Below are positions 7,947 through 16,237 of a DNA stretch of 32,000 nt, in pieces. Source of the DNA: Longivirga aurantiaca (GTDB lineage Bacteria; Actinomycetota; Actinomycetes; S36-B12; CAIYMF01); NCBI RefSeq assembly GCF_042660085.1, contig NZ_JBHSTI010000002.1, positions 360,001 to 392,000 on the forward strand, written 5' to 3'. Position 1 is the stretch's first letter. Every line of letters begins with the position of its first letter. Under the pieces are notes generated by a model. That model was not told the origin of the DNA, searched no databases, and worked only from the letters and a program-made list of their open reading frames with translations. A program made the position numbers and the translations under genes.

Positions 7947-8840
7947 GTGACGACCTGGCGGGACGCGCTGCACGGGCTTGCTGCTGACGACGTGGCCCAG
8001 CTCGACCACGCCCTCGGGTTCCGGCTCGGCCGGGAGGACCTCGTGCGGTCGCTCATCGACCCGCGCGGCCACCTGTTCCAGCGCCTCGAGTACGTCGGCG
8101 ACTCGATCCTCGACGCGGTGGTGGTGAGCGAGCTCGTGCGGCTCGAGCCGTGGGACGAGCCCTCGCTGGCGCTGATCAACGGCGAGCAGCAGGCGATGGT
8201 CTCCGACCATGCCCTCGGGCGCGTCGCTGCGCGCCGGGGGCTGCCTCGCGTCCGCACGTTCCAGGCGTCGCGGCACCGGCTCGCCGACCGCATCGAGGCT
8301 GCGATCGGCGCGATCTGGGCCGACCGCGGTATCGAGGATGCGGCCACAGCGGCGTACGACCTCGTCGTGCGACCAGCGCTCGACGGGCTCCCTCGCCGCG
8401 TCGACCTGCCGGTGGCGGCGCGGGCCGAGCGGTACGAGGCGGCGTCGCGGCAGCTCGGGCACGAGCCGGTCGAGCCGGTGTGGTTCGGCGCCGCTGCGGA
8501 GCCCGGGCCCACCCGCCGTCGCCTCGCGGTCGTGGGCGACTCGGTCATCGAGGCCGCGATGTCGACCGCCCAGTACGTCGAGGAGCCCGAGGCCAGCGAG
8601 GCGGTGCTGAGCGAGGAGCGCAGGGGTGCGACGTCGAACGCGACCGTGTCCCGCCTGGCCCACGACCTGCGGCTCGAGCGCCGCCACGACGACCGGACCG
8701 ACCGACGGGCGATGGCCGACGAGGTGCAGGCGCTGGTCGGCGCGGTGGCACTGGACGGCGGGATCCGCGCGGGGCTCCTCGTGGCGTCAGGCGTGCTCGG
8801 CCGCACGTTCGCGCCCGGACCTCTAGCCTTCTCGACGTGA
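7947..8840 (+). CDS. protein with two tandem RNase III catalytic-type domains and no dsRBD
   Basis: 297 aa, GTG start. Block 1 is QRLEYVGDSILD (aa 45-56) ... LADRIEAAIGAIWAD (aa 112-126). Block 2 is RRLAVVGDSVIE (aa 191-202) ... MADEVQALVGAVALD (aa 256-270). Both match the ERLEFLGD ... ADxxEAxxGA RNase III signature pattern. Confidence 0.75.
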   Translation: MTTWRDALHGLAADDVAQLDHALGFRLGREDLVRSLIDPRGHLFQRLEYVGDSILDAVVVSELVRLEPWDEPSLALINGEQQAMVSDHALGRVAARRGLPRVRTFQASRHRLADRIEAAIGAIWADRGIEDAATAAYDLVVRPALDGLPRRVDLPVAARAERYEAASRQLGHEPVEPVWFGAAAEPGPTRRRLAVVGDSVIEAAMSTAQYVEEPEASEAVLSEERRGATSNATVSRLAHDLRLERRHDDRTDRRAMADEVQALVGAVALDGGIRAGLLVASGVLGRTFAPGPLAFST

Positions 8841-9646
8841 CCGTTCCCCAGAGCCCCGAGTCCCTCGCCGTCCTCGCCGACGGCTCCCTCTCCGGCCGGA
8901 CGGCCCTCGTCACCGGCGGTGGCAGCGGCATCGGACGAGCGAGCGCCCTGCTCCTCGCCCGGATGGGCGCGCGCGTCTGCGTGGTGGGGCGCACGGCCGA
9001 CAAGCTCGACGAGACGGTGGCGCTCTCGACGGCGGCCGGGCACCCCGAGCCGATGAGCACCGCGGTCTGCGACGTCCGCGAGCCCGAGCAGGTCGACGTC
9101 GTGCTCGACGCCGTCCTCGCCGACCTCGGACGCATCGACATCCTGCTGAACAACGCGGGGGGCCAGTTCGTGTCTCCGGCAGAGTCGTTGTCGCACAAGG
9201 GGTTCCGCGCGGTGACGCGGCTCAACCTCGATGCCACGTGGTACATGACGGCCCGTGTGGCCGAGCGCTCGATGCTGCCGAACGGCTACGGCAAGGTCAT
9301 CAGCATCACGATGTCCCCGCACCGGGGCACGCCGGGGATGGCGCACTCCTCGGCCGCGCGCGCGGCGGTGGAGTCGCTCACCCGCACCCTCTCGGTCGAG
9401 TGGGGTCCGCGCGGCGTCCGTGTCGTGGCGATCGCCCCGGGCTTCGTGCACACCGACGCGATCGCGAAGTACGGCATCGACACCTCGGTGCTCTCGAGCA
9501 TCGTGCCGCTGCCGCGCATGCAGAGCGCCGACGAGGTGGCCGCGCTGGTCGGCTTCCTCGCCTCGCCCGCCGGCGACTACATCACCGGCACGACGATCAC
9601 CGCCGACGGCGGTCTCGACAACGCCGGACCCGGCATCCTCGGCTGA
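8837..9646 (+). CDS. SDR-family oxidoreductase (enoyl/dienoyl-CoA reductase-like)
   Basis: An in-frame GTG at 8837 forms a GTGA overlap with the upstream stop. Contains TALVTGGGSGIGRA, NNAGG and the Pro-Gly region VVAIAPGFVHT; 269 aa. The ORF-track start at 8150 is an Arg-rich extension in another frame across the upstream (RNase III-domain) gene. Confidence 0.85.
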   Translation: MTVPQSPESLAVLADGSLSGRTALVTGGGSGIGRASALLLARMGARVCVVGRTADKLDETVALSTAAGHPEPMSTAVCDVREPEQVDVVLDAVLADLGRIDILLNNAGGQFVSPAESLSHKGFRAVTRLNLDATWYMTARVAERSMLPNGYGKVISITMSPHRGTPGMAHSSAARAAVESLTRTLSVEWGPRGVRVVAIAPGFVHTDAIAKYGIDTSVLSSIVPLPRMQSADEVAALVGFLASPAGDYITGTTITADGGLDNAGPGILG

Positions 9647-9656
9647 TTCGGAGCTT

Positions 9657-10904
9657 TCAGCCGCGGTCGAGGGCGAGGCGCAGGGGTACGTCGGCGAAGC
9701 CGTGCTGGTCGGGTGCCACGGCGAGCACCTGGTGCAGCTGGATCATGTTGCGGTGGAAGCCCATCTGCGACGCCGCGAGGTACAGCTTCCACACCCGGGC
9801 CTTGCCCATCCCTACCTCGGCGACCGCCTCGTCCCAATGCTCCTCGAGGTTCCGGAGCCAGTCGGCGAGGGTCAATGCGTAGTGCTCGCGCAGGTTCTCC
9901 TCGTGCCGCACCTCGAACCCCTGGTCCTCCATGGCCGACACGATGCGCCCGATGGGCACGACCTCGCCGTCCGGGAACACGTACCGGTTGATGAAGCCGT
10001 TCTTGTAGTGCGTCCGCGAGCCCGTGTCGGTGCGCGTGATGCAGTGGTTGAGCAGCCGGCCGGTCGGGTTGAGCCGTGACCTCAGGAAGCCGAAGTACGC
10101 CGGGTAGTGGGCAAGGCCGATGTGCTCGGTGAGCCCGATCGAGGAGATCGCGTCGAAGCCGGTCTCCGGCACGTCGCGGTAGTCCTGGTGCCGCACCTCG
10201 GCGAGGTGCCCGAGGCCGTCGGCCTGGATCGCCTCGCGCGCCCACTGCGCCTGCTGCTCGGACAGCGTGACGCCGATCGCCTTGACGCCGTAGTGCTTCG
10301 TGGCATGCCGCACGAGGCCGCCCCATCCGCAGCCCACGTCGAGCAGCCGGTCGCCGCGCTGCAGCCCGAGCTTGCGGCAGACGAGGTCGAACTTCTCCTC
10401 CTGCGCCTCCTCGAGCGTCGCGTCGGCCTTCGGGTAGACGGCGCACGTGTAGGCCATCGACGGGCCGAGCACCCATCGGTAGAACGTGTTGCTCACGTCG
10501 TAGTGGTGGCTGATGGCGTCGGCGTCGCGCCGCTTGGAGTGCCGCGACCCCCCGAGCCGCACCTCCTCCGGCGGCGGCGGCTCGCGGCGGAGCGCGAAGG
10601 GAGCGAGCGCGCGGTACAGCCGCAGCTTCTCGGAGCCGGTCGGCTCCGTCACACCGAGCCGGGCCAGCCGGTCGAGCGCCGTGAACAGGTCGCCGTGCAC
10701 CTCGAGCTCGCCGGCGACGTATGCGCGGGCGAGGCCGAGCTGTCCTGGGGCCGACATGAGGAGCGCCACCGCGCGCGGCGATCGGATGTCCAGGCGCACG
10801 TCGCAGTCGATCGGTCCGTGCCTGCTGCCGTCGTACGCCGTCAGCGCGACGTCGACGTCGTCCCCCACCACCAGCGACACCATGTCTGCCAGCTTCATCG
10901 CCAT
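9657..10904 (-). CDS. bfaB: SAM-dependent fatty-acyl methyltransferase, cyclopropane-fatty-acyl-phospholipid synthase family (BfaB/UfaA1-like)
   Basis: ATG at 10904 (MAMKLADM) is in frame; 415 aa. Contains HYDVSNTFYRWVLGPSMAYTCAVY, the SAM motif LLDVGCGWGGL, and SIGLTEHIG. Confidence 0.88.
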   Translation of the reverse strand: MAMKLADMVSLVVGDDVDVALTAYDGSRHGPIDCDVRLDIRSPRAVALLMSAPGQLGLARAYVAGELEVHGDLFTALDRLARLGVTEPTGSEKLRLYRALAPFALRREPPPPEEVRLGGSRHSKRRDADAISHHYDVSNTFYRWVLGPSMAYTCAVYPKADATLEEAQEEKFDLVCRKLGLQRGDRLLDVGCGWGGLVRHATKHYGVKAIGVTLSEQQAQWAREAIQADGLGHLAEVRHQDYRDVPETGFDAISSIGLTEHIGLAHYPAYFGFLRSRLNPTGRLLNHCITRTDTGSRTHYKNGFINRYVFPDGEVVPIGRIVSAMEDQGFEVRHEENLREHYALTLADWLRNLEEHWDEAVAEVGMGKARVWKLYLAASQMGFHRNMIQLHQVLAVAPDQHGFADVPLRLALDRG

Positions 10905-10938
10905 CGCTCGCCCCTTCGCCCGCGCTCCTTCGCGCGAT

Positions 10939-12336
10939 CTAGCCCCGACCCACGGTCTTGGTCCACATGTCCGGGAGCCTGCCTCCCGGGTCGTACGTCG
11001 CGCGGAGCCCGGAGTAGGCGTCCCCGCCGTAGATCCGCGCAAACTCCTCGGGCGGGTAGAACGCCGTCGAGTAGAGCGACTTCTTCCCGCCCAGCTCGGT
11101 GACGACCCGCTCGATCCGCCGGTTGACCCGGCCCTCGGCCGGCGTGACGCCCTCGGGAAGCGGAACGGTCGACCAGAAGCCGACGTTGACATACGTGACC
11201 GACGGGTCGAGCTCGTAGAGCGACCACGTCGCACCGGGATCGCGCTGGCGCAGCGGACACACCCACACCGGCTCGATGCCCACCTCGCGGTGGAAGAAGT
11301 CGAGGAACTCCGACAGCGCCCCGACCGGCACCTCGACGTCCTGCACCACCTGCTCGCGCGCGGGGCGACGCCGCGCGGAGTCGAGCCGCGCGGAGAACGA
11401 CGTACGCCGGTCGAGCGCCACGAGCTTCCAGTAGACGTCCGAACGCAGCTTGGACGTGGGCCACAGGCGGCGCACGAGGGGCTTCTGCACCCCGAACGCC
11501 CGGGAGCACCAGAACCAGTCGGTGTCCCAGCGCCACAGGTAGTCGTGCGTGGTCAGCAGATCGGTGCGGCGCTGCTGGATCGAGCGGTAGTAGATGTGCT
11601 CGCCGGTGTAGTCGCTCGGGGCGCGGCTCGCGGTCTCGGCGTACGTCGCCAGCGTCAGGTACGACTCGGTCGCCGAGAACACCGTGCCGTCGACGTAGTC
11701 GACCCTGGTGCCGTCGTACGAGCCGGACGCCGTGATGTCGGAGATGGCCGTCGCGAGCGATGCGGCGTCGCCGCAGGGCACGTGCCGCAGCGCCATGAAC
11801 GGCGTGACGGGCTCGAGCTCGATCCGCAGGCGCAGCGCGTAGCCGAGCGAGCCGTACGAGTTCGGGAAGCCGTGGAACAGCGCGGAGTGCTCGTTGTCGA
11901 GGGTCGCGGTCACGACGCGCCCGTCGCCGGTGAGCACGTCGAGGTCGAGCACCGACTCGTGCGGGCAGCCGTTGCGCCACGACGCGCTCTCGATCCCGAG
12001 CCCGGTGACCGCGCCGCCGAGCGTGATCGTGCGCAGCTGCGGCACGCACAGCGGCACGAGGCCGTGCGGCAGGGTCGCCGCCACCAGCTCCTCGTACGTC
12101 GTCATGCCGAGGACATCGGCCGTGCGCGCCTCGACGTCGACCTCCAGCACTCCGCGGAAGGCCGCGACGTCGAGCCCCGGCGTGCCGGTCGCCGATCGGG
12201 CGCGGAAGAGGTTGGACGTGGTCTTGGCCAGCCGCACGGGCGCCCCGGCCGGGAGCGCGCGGTACTGCCCCACCAGTGCGTCGACGGCCCGGTCGTACGC
12301 GCTGCGGGTCACGGTCGGTGTGACGGTGAGAGCCAC
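10939..12336 (-). CDS. bfaA: FAD-binding oxidoreductase (FAD_binding_4 type), BfaA-like 10-methylene reductase
   Basis: 465 aa, GTG start. Contains the FAD-binding region TLGGAVTGLGIESASWRNG. Sits immediately upstream of the CFA-synthase-like gene with a 34-nt gap, matching the described bfaA-bfaB pair. Confidence 0.82.
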   Translation of the reverse strand: MALTVTPTVTRSAYDRAVDALVGQYRALPAGAPVRLAKTTSNLFRARSATGTPGLDVAAFRGVLEVDVEARTADVLGMTTYEELVAATLPHGLVPLCVPQLRTITLGGAVTGLGIESASWRNGCPHESVLDLDVLTGDGRVVTATLDNEHSALFHGFPNSYGSLGYALRLRIELEPVTPFMALRHVPCGDAASLATAISDITASGSYDGTRVDYVDGTVFSATESYLTLATYAETASRAPSDYTGEHIYYRSIQQRRTDLLTTHDYLWRWDTDWFWCSRAFGVQKPLVRRLWPTSKLRSDVYWKLVALDRRTSFSARLDSARRRPAREQVVQDVEVPVGALSEFLDFFHREVGIEPVWVCPLRQRDPGATWSLYELDPSVTYVNVGFWSTVPLPEGVTPAEGRVNRRIERVVTELGGKKSLYSTAFYPPEEFARIYGGDAYSGLRATYDPGGRLPDMWTKTVGRG

Positions 12337-12463
12337 GCCTCAGAACCTAGCCCCGAGCCCACGCCGCGGGGCAGGGTTTGTGCCGAGATCGGACACCGCC
12401 GCAGACGACGGCCCGCCGCCCCGGTGGAGGGCGACGGGTCCGGTGATCGGGACGAGGCTGGGA

Positions 12464-13141
12464 TCAGACGCGGCGCAGGAGGCTGAGGCCGGTGCCCTCG
12501 CCGACGCAGGTCTGCAGGACCAGGTCGGCGTTGGTGCTCGGCATGGCCCCGCTCTGGCGGCCGAGGCGCATGTGGTCGTAGACCCGGTACGTGCCCTGCG
12601 CGACGCCGGAGGTGACGACCACGGTCGTGCCGGTCTTCACGAAGGCGAGCCACTGGTAGCCGCAGTAGTTGTGCGCGGCGAGCCACAGCGGGCTGCTGGA
12701 CCAGAGGACGAGCTGGCACTTGTCGATGGCGGCCTGCGACCCGGGGGCGTTGACGTAGCCCTTGATGTAGATCGTCTTAGGCGCCGATGCGGCGGCCCGG
12801 GCTGCCGTGGCCTTCTTCTCGGCGGCTGCCTTCTTCGCAGCTGCAGCAGCCTTGGCTGCGGCGGCCTTCGCGGCGGCTGCCTTCTTCGCGGCCGCTGCCC
12901 TGGCTGCCGCCTCGTCCGCTGCTGCCTGCTCGGCGGTCTGCGCCAGGCCGGCTGCGACCGCGGAGTGGACGAGGGAGGCGGCCGGGGAGACGACGGCGGC
13001 GGCGGTGACCGGGCCGCCGGTCGAGGCGACGACCGCGTCGTCCTGGCCGGCGAAGGCGGCGACCGTGGTGCCGGTGAGCACGAACAGCGCCGTGGCCGTG
13101 GCGAGGGCTGCCGATCGGCGGAGGTGCCGCGTGCGTGTCAT
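12464..13141 (-). CDS. secreted/anchored protein with an Ala/Lys-rich linker and a C-terminal sortase-like (class F-like) domain
   Basis: ATG at 13141 is in frame; 225 aa. The N-terminal signal/anchor is MTRTRHLRRSAALATATALFVLTG. The linker reads AAAKKAAAAKAAAAKAAAAAKK. The C-terminus has His (LAAHNY), LVLQTC (compare the TLxTC sortase motif) and a trailing LLRRV Arg. The domain call is motif-level only. Confidence 0.6.
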   Translation of the reverse strand: MTRTRHLRRSAALATATALFVLTGTTVAAFAGQDDAVVASTGGPVTAAAVVSPAASLVHSAVAAGLAQTAEQAAADEAAARAAAAKKAAAAKAAAAKAAAAAKKAAAEKKATAARAAASAPKTIYIKGYVNAPGSQAAIDKCQLVLWSSSPLWLAAHNYCGYQWLAFVKTGTTVVVTSGVAQGTYRVYDHMRLGRQSGAMPSTNADLVLQTCVGEGTGLSLLRRV

Positions 13142-13316
13142 GGTCAAGGCATCGGACCATCGGCCGAGCGACTGAACGCCGTTGCTCCATAGGGGTGAAC
13201 ACCAAGAATCACCGTTCGGCCGCTCAAGTCGGCCGACGCCGGGGCCGACGGCCGGCGCCGCAGCGGGAACCACCGACTCCAGGCTCTGCAGCGGTGCTCG
13301 CGCGTAGCGTGGGGTC

Positions 13317-13913
13317 GTGCCCGCCCGGACTGCGTACGCGGCCGTCGTGCTCGACGGCGGCCGCAGCCGACGCATGGGCGGGGTCGACAAGCCCGGGTTG
13401 CGCATCGCCGGCCGGACGCTGCGCGCGCGCGTCGTGGCGGCGGTGTCCGACGCGACGGTGGTGGTGCTCGTGGGGCCGCCGACCCCCGAGGACGCCGAGC
13501 TGCCGCCCAACGCCGTACGCGTGCGCGAGGACCCTCCCCTCGGCGGTCCGCTCGCGGCGCTCGCCGCGGCGCTGCCGCTCGTGGACACCGACCTCGTGGT
13601 GGTGCTGGCCGCCGACCTGGTCGAGGCCGCGGCGCTGCCGGCCGCACTGCTCGCCGCGCTCGCCGGCGATGCGACCGCCGAGGCGGTCGTCGCCGTCGAC
13701 CCGGACGGCCGCCGGCAGTGGCTGGCGGCGGCCTACCGGACCTCCGCCGTGCGCCGGTCGCTCGACGCGCTGCTGGTGCTGGACGGCGTCCAGGACCACC
13801 GTTTCGGCGACCTCGTCGACCTGCTCCGCGTGGTGGACCTGCCGCGGACCGACGTGGAGGACATCGACACCCCGGACGACCTCGCCCGGGTGAGGGAGCG
13901 TCACCCCGAGTGA
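13317..13913 (+). CDS. mobA: molybdenum cofactor guanylyltransferase
   Basis: 198 aa, GTG start. Contains AAVVLDGGRSRRMGGVDKPGL, EDPPLGGPLAAL and VLAADL; the tail DIDTPDDL is typical of MobA. Confidence 0.85.
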   Translation: MPARTAYAAVVLDGGRSRRMGGVDKPGLRIAGRTLRARVVAAVSDATVVVLVGPPTPEDAELPPNAVRVREDPPLGGPLAALAAALPLVDTDLVVVLAADLVEAAALPAALLAALAGDATAEAVVAVDPDGRRQWLAAAYRTSAVRRSLDALLVLDGVQDHRFGDLVDLLRVVDLPRTDVEDIDTPDDLARVRERHPE

Positions 13914-13924
13914 AGGAGCACACC

Positions 13925-14170
13925 GTGCTGGACGACTGGACCCGCGAGCTGGCTGCTGCGCTCGGTGTCGAGATGACGGCCGAGGTCGACACCGTCCTCG
14001 ACCTCGCCGGCGACGCGGCCCGCGCCGTGCTGCGCCCGGCGGCGCCGGTCACGACCTACCTCGTCGGCTTCGCCGCCGCACGCAACGGCGGAGACGCGGC
14101 TGCGGTCGCCGACGCGGTGGCCACGGCACGGGCGCTCGCGGCGGCCTGGGCCGAGCGGCAGCAGTCCTAG
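13925..14170 (+). CDS. DUF6457-like small protein, commonly found next to actinobacterial mobA
   Basis: GTG at 13925 is preceded by GAAGGAG with a 5-nt spacer. An alternative GTG at 13910 overlaps the mobA stop. LDDWTRELAAALGVE...DTVLDLAGDAARAVLRPAAPVTTYLVGFAAA fits the family as I recall it. Confidence 0.6.
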   Translation: MLDDWTRELAAALGVEMTAEVDTVLDLAGDAARAVLRPAAPVTTYLVGFAAARNGGDAAAVADAVATARALAAAWAERQQS

Positions 14171-14214
14171 ACTCGCCGCCTGCGGACCGATCGCGGCGAC
14201 CAGGAGGTGGCGGT

Positions 14215-15075
14215 GTGAGCACGGCCGACCTCGGGCACGGCGACGAGCCCCGCGCCCGCACGGGGGCCACCGCGAGCGTGCGCGTGCTGCGGGTGGGCGG
14301 CGCCGCCGCCGGGCCGAGACCCGACTGGGTCGTCGTCGAGGAGCCGTTGCAGGTGCACCTGCGCCATCGCGGCGTCACGGCCCTCCTCGGCTCGACGATG
14401 CGCACCCCGGGTCACGACCGCGAGCTGGGCGTCGGACTGGCGGTGGCCGAGGGCGTCGTGCGCCGCCGGGAGGACGTGCTCGAGGTGCGGCACTGCGCCG
14501 GCGACATGATCCGCTCGGACAACGACGTGATGCTGGTGATCGCCGACGACGTGGGGATCGACGGCGCACGGCTCGGCCGGGTGTCGCACCCGTCGAGCGC
14601 CTGCGGCATGTGCGGTCGGGACCACATCGACGACCTCCTCGCGATGGTGCCGCCCGTCGGCCGCGACGTCGCCGTCAGCGCCGAGGTCCTGCTCTCGCTC
14701 CCCGAGGCGATGTCCGAGCGGCAGACCGTGTTCCGCAAGACCGGCGGGCTGCACGCCGTCGCGCTCGCCACGGCCGACGGCTCGGTGCTGCTCGTCCGGG
14801 AGGACGTGGGACGGCACAACGCCGTCGACAAGGCGGTGGGTGCCGGGCTGCTCGACGGCGTGGTGGCCGACGTGCTCGTGGTGAGCGGACGTGCGGGCTT
14901 CGAGGTGGTGCAGAAGACCGCGATGGCGGGCATCCCCGTGCTCGTCGCGGTGTCGGCGCCGACGTCGCTCGCGGTCGACGCCGCCCGCGACGCCGGCCTC
15001 ACCCTGGCGGCCTTCGTGCGCGGCGACCGGATGACCGTCTACTCGGGCGAGCACCGGATCACGGGGGTCGCCTGA
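14215..15075 (+). CDS. fdhD: formate dehydrogenase accessory sulfurtransferase FdhD
   Basis: 286 aa; AGGAGG lies upstream of the GTG start. Contains MRTPGHDRELGVGLAVAEG, SSACGMCG, KTGGLHA and EDVGRHNAVDK. Confidence 0.9.
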   Translation: MSTADLGHGDEPRARTGATASVRVLRVGGAAAGPRPDWVVVEEPLQVHLRHRGVTALLGSTMRTPGHDRELGVGLAVAEGVVRRREDVLEVRHCAGDMIRSDNDVMLVIADDVGIDGARLGRVSHPSSACGMCGRDHIDDLLAMVPPVGRDVAVSAEVLLSLPEAMSERQTVFRKTGGLHAVALATADGSVLLVREDVGRHNAVDKAVGAGLLDGVVADVLVVSGRAGFEVVQKTAMAGIPVLVAVSAPTSLAVDAARDAGLTLAAFVRGDRMTVYSGEHRITGVA

Positions 15076-15078
15076 GGC

Positions 15079-15882
15079 TCAGCCCTGCGCCGCGATCGCC
15101 CTGCCGACCGCACGCATCGCGCCGAGCACGTCGTCGCGCTTCGGGTCGTGGGCCGACGGCGTCCAGGACGCGACCACGGCGTACGCCGTCACCAGCTCGC
15201 CGGACGCGACGATCCCGACGTCCGCGCGCACCCCGGAGTCGGTGCCGGTCTTGCCGAGCAGCCGGATCCCGCGGTCCTCCTCGACGTGCGCGAGCGGGTC
15301 GAGGCCGAGGTCGCCGGGCACCATCGAGAGGTCGACGCCCGAGGCCAGCCAGCGCCTCAGCACCGCCCACTCGAGCGAGTCCTCGGTGGCGAGCAGGGCC
15401 GCGAACCGCGCCAGGTCGAGGGCGCACCCCTGCGACAGCGTGGGCGGGTCGTCGGTGGTGCGGACGTCGCGGACCTGGTCGTGCAGGCGCAGCGTCCCGA
15501 GGCCGAGCGACGGCCCGACCTCGGCGACAGCATCGAGCCCGACGTGCCTCAGCAGGACGTTCGTGGCCAGGTTGTCCGAGACGCTCGCCACGAGGAGCGC
15601 GACGTCCTCCAGCGGCAGCGCGTCGGTGCGCAGGTGCTGCCACAGGCCGGAGTCCGCGACGGAGTCCGCCGGGCCGCGGCGCAGCGGCGTGGAGGGGTCG
15701 AGCCGGCCGTCGGCCAGGCGGCGTGCGGTCTCGAGCAGCAGGAGCAGCTTGCCCACGCTCGCTGTCGGCAGCACGCGGTCCGGGTGGCGGACGGCGAGGA
15801 GCCGTCCGGTGGCGGCGTCGAGCACCACGGCCGACCACGCGACGTCGGCCACCGCGTCCAGCGGGGTCAGGAGATCGTCCAC
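15079..15882 (-). CDS. class A beta-lactamase-related serine hydrolase (no obvious signal peptide)
   Basis: The SxxK (SVGK), SDN (SVSDNLATN) and KTG (GKTGTD) triad occurs in the correct order. I chose the in-frame GTG at 15882; the start is uncertain. The upstream part of the 471-aa ORF runs through a GC-homopolymer hairpin and is low complexity. Confidence 0.7.
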   Translation of the reverse strand: MDDLLTPLDAVADVAWSAVVLDAATGRLLAVRHPDRVLPTASVGKLLLLLETARRLADGRLDPSTPLRRGPADSVADSGLWQHLRTDALPLEDVALLVASVSDNLATNVLLRHVGLDAVAEVGPSLGLGTLRLHDQVRDVRTTDDPPTLSQGCALDLARFAALLATEDSLEWAVLRRWLASGVDLSMVPGDLGLDPLAHVEEDRGIRLLGKTGTDSGVRADVGIVASGELVTAYAVVASWTPSAHDPKRDDVLGAMRAVGRAIAAQG

Positions 15883-15944
15883 GCCGAGAGCCTTGCACGT
15901 GCGTGAGCCGGACCGCTGAGGGCGGCTCGGGGACGGTGCTCGCT

Positions 15945-16027
15945 GGAGCGGGGGAGGGGGCGGGTCCTCCCCGGAAAGGGCAGGGCGTTCCCATTCCCGG
16001 GGCGAACCCTCCCCCTCCCCCTCCTCC
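15945..16027. repeat. nested G-run/C-run inverted repeat (GGAGCGGGGGAGGGGGCGGGT ... AACCCTCCCCCTCCCCCTCCTCC) in a divergent intergenic region
   Basis: Read directly. The outer arms are about 20 nt and imperfectly complementary. Inside them, CCCCGG pairs with CCGGGG, and two GGG runs pair with two CCC runs. The G-tracts also fit a G-quadruplex-prone pattern. Confidence 0.7.
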
Positions 16028-16237
16028 TTTCGCAGCGGCCCTGAGGCCTTCCCGACGAGGGCCCGGATGGCCCGGTCTCCAGTGCGAGCCGCCCGTCCTC
16101 CCTCCCCAGGGACGAGGCAGCTCGGCCGGCCGACGAGCGGGGCGTGGGGAGGTGCGGCGTTGGGCGCGCTTGGTGCGCCGGGCGCACGTACGCTCGGGCA
16201 CGGCAGAGGATGACGGGCGGCCGGGGAGAGTGCAGCG

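Noticed and set aside
12800-12960. Repetitive GCN/AAG-rich DNA resembling a tandem repeat array
   Set aside because: It is the coding sequence of the Ala/Lys-rich linker of the 12464..13141 protein. The units are irregular and there are no spacers.
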